The translations under genes and the position numbers were made by a program. A stretch of DNA of 64,000 nucleotides from Octopus vulgaris. Lineage: Eukaryota. Location of the stretch: the NCBI GenBank assembly GCA_951406725.2, contig OX597823.1, positions 75,950,001 to 76,014,000 of the forward strand, given 5' to 3'. Shown here piece after piece: positions 55,966 through 64,000 of the stretch (the first letter of the stretch is position 1; every line of letters begins with the position of its first letter). A model generated the notes under the pieces. It had not been told where the DNA came from, ran no database searches, and saw nothing but the letters and a program-made list of their open reading frames with translations.

Positions 55966-56991
55966 CATTATTTCTTCTTTTTGTCGTTATTGTTGTTATT
56001 ATTATAGCTATCGTCATCGTCGTCGTCATCAACATCAACATCATTTTCACCATTGTCATGATCAGCATTATTGTTATTATTATTCCGCCAAAATTTCAGG
56101 CCTTGTGCCTATAGTAGAAATGCTTATGAGGGGTTGCATTTGCAGAACAGTTCAAGAAACAGCCATGTACCGTGGAAAATGTGTTCTGGTCCATCACATT
56201 CCATGATGAGATCCCACCGAATCCTGTTTCGATGTCATTTTTCGAAGGTTTTAACATGAAGTACAACACAAGCACCGTGGCTGAAAATGTCGAGTGAGCT
56301 TTCTCTTCAAATTTGCTGGTCGTCTGCCTGAATCAGAAATAGTTACTTTTATATTCTTGGTATTAACAGCAGGGATGTTTTTATTGCTAATACATGCAGT
56401 TATATTTTAAGCTAACTAGAATTCCAGTAGGCTATTTACCTCATTCATCTTTATCCATTTCATGCAGAACTGGAACATAATTTTGTAAATATTTGTTTGC
56501 AAGAAATATAAATTTGAACAATGATGGTGTCTTTAATATTTCGGAAGTCGGAGAGAGAAGTGGAGTGGAATTGTGTATGAGGAGTTGCAACTACTTCTGC
56601 CTCCAGGTCTAATCTCTTTAGTCAATAAAAGAAGATTTCTTACACTCCAAAGTACAAAGGCTATAATGCTACAATACCCATACCGTGGCGAGCAGCAACA
56701 GCAGCAATAGTAACAGGAACAACTGCATACGTGCAACGAGCAAAAGATAAAAGAGGAAAAATTAGCTGCCGATGCGTTAGCTGCTTTGACAACAGAAGCA
56801 GCATTCCGAAAAATAATAGCAAGATATAACTTCCATGGCAAAAATAACAACGACTGCGAAAATTAACTAACGTCCCAAACCACAACAGAAGACCAAAATA
56901 CACAAGCACAGACAGGCAGATACACACACACACACATAGGTGTAGGTCACAAAAATGGGTATCGCTACTTGGTCGTGTCGCCTTTAGTTAC

Positions 56992-57024
56992 TAATTGCTA
57001 ATAAGCCACCATTTCCATTAGTTA

Positions 57025-57067
<43 letters not shown>

Positions 57068-57097
57068 CTAATGAAAATGGTGGCTTCTTAGCAATTA
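56992..57097. repeat. Short fold-back around (TA)n
   Basis: TAATTGCTAATAAGCCACCATTTCCATTAGTTA versus TAACTAATGAAAATGGTGGCTTCTTAGCAATTA. Confidence 0.85.
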
Positions 57098-57235
57098 TAT
57101 ATATATATACATATTTAATAATATCAAAGGGTAATTAGAAATATTTAAAATTTTTGTTACGAGTGCCCTAGAGTGTAAAAATTTAGTCAATAGACTATAT
57201 ATTATTCATACAAATACAGCATACATTTAAGCACA

Positions 57236-57449
57236 CAAGAGGCATCCATCATAGGATTCCTTCCATGCTAAAGAGGACAGTTAAATTCCAAACCACTATT
57301 AGGGTTACGATTTCGAACGGAATAAAAAATAAAAACTTTTACCCGGAGTTAGATGGTAAATGTTTTTATTTTTCATTCCCTAATGAAAGTGGTTTGGAAT
57401 TTAACTGACCTCTCTAGCGTACAAGGAATCCTATGATGGATGCCTCTTG
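57236..57449. repeat. Imperfect inverted repeat with ~100-bp arms, inside an insert in (TA)n
   Basis: CAAGAGGCATCCATCATAGGATTCCTT... versus ...AAGGAATCCTATGATGGATGCCTCTTG. Confidence 0.85.
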
Positions 57450-57481
57450 CGTATTTATATATATATATATATATATATATT

Positions 57482-57600
57482 CATTAAATCGACGAAGATC
57501 CAAAAGTGAAGTTGCCGTGTTGTTTCGAAGAGGTCTGTATCTCACGATACGTAGCATCTTCCTCAAACCAGACGCTACGTCGGTGGTGTTAAATCTTTAT
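57482..57600 (+). pseudogene. Possible APE endonuclease (Tx1/L1) remnant
   Basis: SKSEVAVLFRRGLYLTIRSIFLKPDATSVVLNL resembles the GVAILF...D.EGR.VVL segment. Confidence 0.35.
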
Positions 57601-58877
57601 AGAATTGAATACCATAACTTAATATCATAGTGTGCATGGTTATCTACCTGGAAGTCAGAGTAAATTGCCGGCTATCAAAAATTTACCGTAGTGTGGAAAT
57701 TGGAGACATTGAAGGGCAGCTTCACCGAGCAAAGATGCGGAATATCGTTGTCAAATTCCGAAGACCTACATGATTTTTACAGTGAAGTTATCTGATGTGA
57801 CGGTTTTTTCTTCTCTACTTCTCCACCAATATTGATTTTTTTCAAGCATTACCAGACGAAATACGATTTTCTGTTGACTATAAGGATTTTGCCTATAAGG
57901 ATTTTGACTATAAGGATTTTGTCACTATTCATTACCTATACAATATACGAAGTTACATAATAAAACGTTTTGTCTTTACATACTTGATGTTTCATTTGGC
58001 TTCAGACTTTGGCGTTTACAAGTCAAAATGGCCATTAAACAAACACTAAGCGTGTCTGAAATAAAGAATGATAATACAGCAGTAAGCCAAAAAAGCACGA
58101 AAAGAAACACCAACACAGAATGGTGAGTTGGAAGTAAAAGAATAAAAAGAAAAGCAAATGAACATTTAAATGAACAACAAATAGTAAATGATATTATTTC
58201 GATACACAAATGATTATGGTAGCAAAGTACAACACATTCGTGCACAGAGTTCTTGTCAATGTATAAAACAACGATTTTAAAACAGCTATTTTGCCTTTGT
58301 TGCCATACAGACGGATATATTCTTCTGACTTACTAAAGTAATGTTTATCGCACTGTCTGTTGTGGTTTGAGAGACGAACTTTAAGTCAAATCATGCGTTG
58401 AAAAGTCAAATATACATTCTCTCATACGCTCATGCCGTTGTTCTCAGTTTGGGGTCAGAGAAATAGTTAATGGATTTAGAAAACGATGTTGAGCCCGATA
58501 ATATTTTCTGGTTTATTTCGCATCATCGATTAGAGATTTCGTGTGGTCAGGAGAGGATCAAGGACTTCAAAGTCATAACAGTTCACGAAGACCACAGTGC
58601 TTACCAAAGCAGTTCATAATTAAAGTCGCCGAGGCAAATCGTATAGAACCAATGGTGGTTAATAAATGGCCTAACCGTTATACATGTAGTAAAATTCACA
58701 TGAACGTATTTTGCAGTGGGAAATGGGAAATATAAAGACGTGTTAAAGAAATAATTGCAGAAGAAAAGTACCATGAAACATGGGGTCGATGTAATTGATT
58801 AGGCGCCTCCCCGCAACTTTCAGCCCCTGTGCCTATAGTAGAAAGGGTTATTATCATTATTATTATTATTATTTTTA

Positions 58878-59817
<940 letters not shown>

Positions 59818-59894
59818 TCTTCTTCTTCTTCTTCTTCTTCTTCTTCTTCTTCTTCTTCTTCTTCTTCTTCTTCTTCTTCTTCTTCTCCTTCTCC

Positions 59895-59971
<77 letters not shown>
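59818..59971. repeat. Compound (TTC)n(TTA)n microsatellite
   Basis: Direct inspection. Confidence 0.95.
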
Positions 59972-59980
59972 TTTTTTTTT

Positions 59981-60435
59981 CTTCTTTCAAATTTGCTTCC
60001 ATTTCTTGCCGAGTGTCTTCCCGACTCCTAGGGCAAAGAAACTCATAGTGTATATTGGTAGGCCATTAAACCAAACTCAGTAGTTCGTTCATTTTTTTAT
60101 TTTTTTAAAGTTAAATTAAAATACATGAGCAGCAACAGTTCTCACATCGACAATGCTCTTCTCAATACGTGTGATGTACCAGTTAAGACAATCTTTTGCA
60201 CTTCTTGCAGGGATGGTAAGCCAGGGATCATTCTCATATAATTTTCGGTTCCCTTCTTGATCATTCCTAGTGCTCCTACGATCACTGGTATTGTAACCGC
60301 CTTGAGATGCCACATTTTCTCAATTTCAATGAGTAGGTCTTTATATTTTCTGAGCTTGTCAAACTCTTTCGCTGAGATATTATGATCACAGGGGATGCTC
60401 ATGTCGATCAATAAGCAAACTTTATTGTTTTGGTC
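59981..60435 (-). mobile_element. R4/Dong-type LINE 3' end (RLE C-terminus + 3' UTR) in (TAA)n
   Basis: CLLIDMSIPCD.NI..KE.DKL.KYKDL..EI.KMW......IPVIVGALG...LQEVQKIVLTGTSHVLR in an open frame, with (TAA)n on both sides. Confidence 0.88.
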
Positions 60436-60655
<220 letters not shown>

Positions 60656-61422
60656 AGGTGGTGAGCTGAAAGATAAGGCAATTCGTCCTCCGTCTTTACG
60701 CAGCCACCTTAGATAAGGAAAGGAGATTTGGGGATGATAGAAATCTGTATGCCGCGAAACATACAAGAGGCTTAGGAAAGGAACATCTTTTGTCTCGTAA
60801 CTGCTCAATCAGTGTCCACGAGGAGGAAACTATCATTTTAATCGACCATCACCAACAATTTCGAAAAATGTAGAAAACTCGGTGTCACTAAAGGATAAAT
60901 CGAGCTGCCAGAAATAATAACCATATATTCCCCCAAATGCTCTACTTTATAAAAAGAGGAATATCATATAATTTAGTCGAGCTATATGATAGCTGTATCA
61001 AAAATGAGATGATAGTTTTCAGTTCAGTCTATTACAAAATCTTGTTAGTAATACTATGATAGAAAATATGAAATCTAAGGAAGAATTGTAAGGGGTGTTC
61101 GAATGTGTGCTGTGTGAAATTGGTTTATTTATTATGAAACTGATACCAACACACATGTCACTATCATATAGCAGCTGTAAATCCATTGTCACATTTAATG
61201 AGGACACGAAATGTTCACGCAAACACTAATTCAAATTGTCACATGATAACTGAAAAGATACAATTTTTGAAAGCGGAAAGGAAAAATGAAATTAGAGCAC
61301 GAAAAATATTTCAAGAATGGGGGAAAAACTGGCTGAGAAATGACAATAAATACAATAACAACAATAAAAACAACTACACGGAAAAGAAAAACAACAACAA
61401 CAATAACAGCAACAACAACAAC

Positions 61423-61492
<70 letters not shown>

Positions 61493-61993
61493 GCCGTCAC
61501 AATGATAATTAACATAGTGATGTGTAGCGAGATTCTTTATTAGCCATCAAGACTCACATAAAAACATTACATGGTTATGAAAACAGCGATGGATATTTTG
61601 TATGTACATAAGATGTAAACGATCACATGGTTAAATATGTTAAGATAATCTCCTGCTAGGATTAAGACTCACCGAGGGATACCTATGGGTACAGCCCAAA
61701 AGTACGGTCACTCTAGTTTTTAAGGCAAACGCGCAGACGAAACTATTTCATGCCAATTCTAAAAGCTCATGGGCATAGCACTCGGAGGGTAATGGCGCTG
61801 GCGTCTTTGGATGTGGTGTTAGTGTATCGATGTTTAAATGCTTCTCTCCTTTCTCTTCGAAACTCTTCAAGTTTTGTTTTATTAGTATAATGCTTAATTA
61901 TTTTTTGTTTCTATTCGGTATATTCTGCTTTTCACCATACGATATATGTCAGTGTCCAAAACTTACAGAGGAATGTCTCAGTGAATTTCTTTT

Positions 61994-62057
61994 GTGGGTT
62001 AGGGGAGAATGAGTTCCCTAACCTGAAGGTTAGGGGACTCATTCTCCCCTAGCCCAC
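61994..62057 (+). other. 30-bp stem, 4-nt loop hairpin
   Basis: GTGGGTTAGGGGAGAATGAGTTCCCTAACC-tgaa-GGTTAGGGGACTCATTCTCCCCTAGCCCAC. Confidence 0.9.
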
Positions 62058-62909
62058 TAAAGATTTATTGTTATCATCCTCGTTCTCATCTTTGTTATTT
62101 AGCCAAAAAGTTCACCGTACTCACAAACACACACACACACACACACACACTCATTCACACACACACATGTCTGTGTGTGTCTTTGTGTCCGCAACGCTTG
62201 ACAACCGGCGCTGCAATGTTAATATTACCACCCGCTGTCACTGCATTACTCTCCCAGGCACGAAGCCCTAAACTTCTTGAACTCATTCTCTTTTCGACTT
62301 GGACAGACCAAATTATTACCTGTTGCAGTGACTATTTATATCAAGTCGAGAATATTGTCCAGTGTCTTGAAATTCATCAGTATCTGGTTCGCTAACCTTA
62401 TTCGAATACACTCTTTTGGGAATATATGAATGGTACTATATAAGACTCTTCCAGCACAATTGGTTTCAACATTAGAAATTTATGAAGGTATGTTGGTAAT
62501 ATCATATTCCATCACAGACAAACAGGTATCACACCTCCGTTAGACGGTGAGATATATCTCAACATCTGTATCTGAGAAAACCTTACTCGTACGCAAGCAT
62601 ACAATTAGGCAGGAGTGATAAAGTTTACGTTTTATGCTTCAGCTTGTTCTGGAAATAGTATTTATGCAAGTATTTGACTTTTCAGAGATATATTTCTGTA
62701 TATCACCTTTCTATTTACGTGTTCTAGAAGCTGCGGTGGTCTTGTTAGTGCAGGTCTTCGCTGGCCGTTAGAAGCAGCAAATAATTATTTCTGTGGAAAC
62801 TATTTTTACCCTCCATTTATGGCACCATAATCTTTTTTTTTTTTTTATTGGTGGTGGGTATAGGAGGGGATTGTTAATTTCAAGAAAAGTTGTAAATTCT
62901 GCTTACATA

Positions 62910-63134
62910 TACTCTTTTACTCTCTTTTGCTTGTTTCAGTCATTTGACTACAGCCATGCTGGACCACCGCCTTTAGTCGAGCAAATCGACCCCGGGACTT
63001 ATTCTTTGTAAGCCCAGTACTTATTCTATCAGTCTCTTTTGCCGAACCGCTAAGTGACGGTGACGTAAACACACCACCATCGGTTGTCAAGCAATGCTAG
63101 GGGGACAACCACAGACACACAAACATACACACGC

Positions 63135-63193
<59 letters not shown>

Positions 63194-63355
63194 CGACGGG
63201 CTTCTTTCAGTTTCCGTCTACCAGAACCACTCACAAGGCTTTGGTTTGCCCGAGGCTATAGTAGAAGACACTTGCCCAAGATGCCACGCAGTGGGACTGA
63301 ACCCGGAACCATGTGGTTGGTAAGCAAGCTACTTATCACACAGCCACTCCTGCTC
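62910..63355 (-). mobile_element. Family-B SINE, near full length
   Basis: Homologous to 3335-3692. Partial copies also at about 14755-14925 (+), 37460-37690 (-), 47940-48100 (-) and 49690-49945 (+). Confidence 0.88.
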
Positions 63356-63529
63356 CTGTCCAGAATAAAAACGTAAGTAAGCCAGTTCCTAAGTATCCTT
63401 AAAAGCTTAGCAAGAACCCAGTAAGTAGTTGTTAATAGTAGTGTTTCTAGATAATAATTATAAAAACACAAACGTTACGACCCTTATACGAGGACATCTT
63501 GCTAATACACCGTCAACAATAATATCATC

Positions 63530-63659
63530 ATTATTAGCAGCTGCAGCAGCAGCATTACTGGTAGTAGCAGCAGTAGCAGTAGCGGCAGCACCAACAGTAG
63601 TTGTAGTAGCAGTAGTACTAGTAGTAGTAGTGGTAGTTGTAGTAGCAGCAGCAAAAATT

Positions 63660-63724
<65 letters not shown>

Positions 63725-63751
63725 GGTGGTGGCGGTGGTGGTGGTGGCGGT

Positions 63752-63800
<49 letters not shown>

Positions 63801-63872
63801 AAGAAGAAGAAGAAGAAGAAGAAGAAGAAGAAGAAGAAGAAGAAGAAGAAGAAGAAGAAGAAGAAGAAGAAG
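63530..63872. repeat. Compound (GCA/GTA)n(GTG)n(GTA)n(GAA)n microsatellite
   Basis: Direct inspection. Confidence 0.95.
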
Positions 63873-64000
63873 CGTGGTGGCCACAGCAATAACAAGATTC
63901 AGAGGAAATTTAAGAGGAGAACACTGATGTAGAGAAAAGAGAGGCATGGGCACGATTCGGTAAGAACAATAGATGAAACGGGAGAGACAAATGAGAGAGG

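Noticed and set aside
56533-56933. Possible exon in moderately complex sequence
   Set aside because: No recognisable domain or clear splice structure, and it is partly low-complexity.
57876-57921. Short direct repeats: 15 bp x3 here, 28 bp x2 at 20783-20836, ~18 bp x3 at 40634-40686
   Set aside because: Spacer-less slippage duplications in a eukaryotic context, not CRISPR-like.

Overview
AT-rich, microsatellite-dense eukaryotic non-coding DNA. The SINE families and repeat landscape look like an octopus (coleoid cephalopod) genome; this is inferred, not database-checked. I could not support any host protein-coding exon, and most of the ORF track is translated simple repeats. The window is a mosaic of transposon remnants: tRNA-derived SINEs, Mariner and Tc1, Chapaev3-like, Helitron, R4/Dong, Tx1 and CR1 LINE fragments, and two Penelope-like elements (PLEs), one with an uninterrupted RT + GIY-YIG frame at 51193-52335. 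The most notable hidden layer is a set of type-I hammerhead ribozyme motifs. Two lie in a very young 559-bp head-to-tail non-coding repeat (48181-49649) with a retrozyme-like architecture that could yield a circular RNA. Others are unusual variants with a long stem-II insert or a CUGUNGA core. The window also has several long fold-back palindromes at (TA)n or (GATA)n tracts and an isolated 30-bp hairpin.
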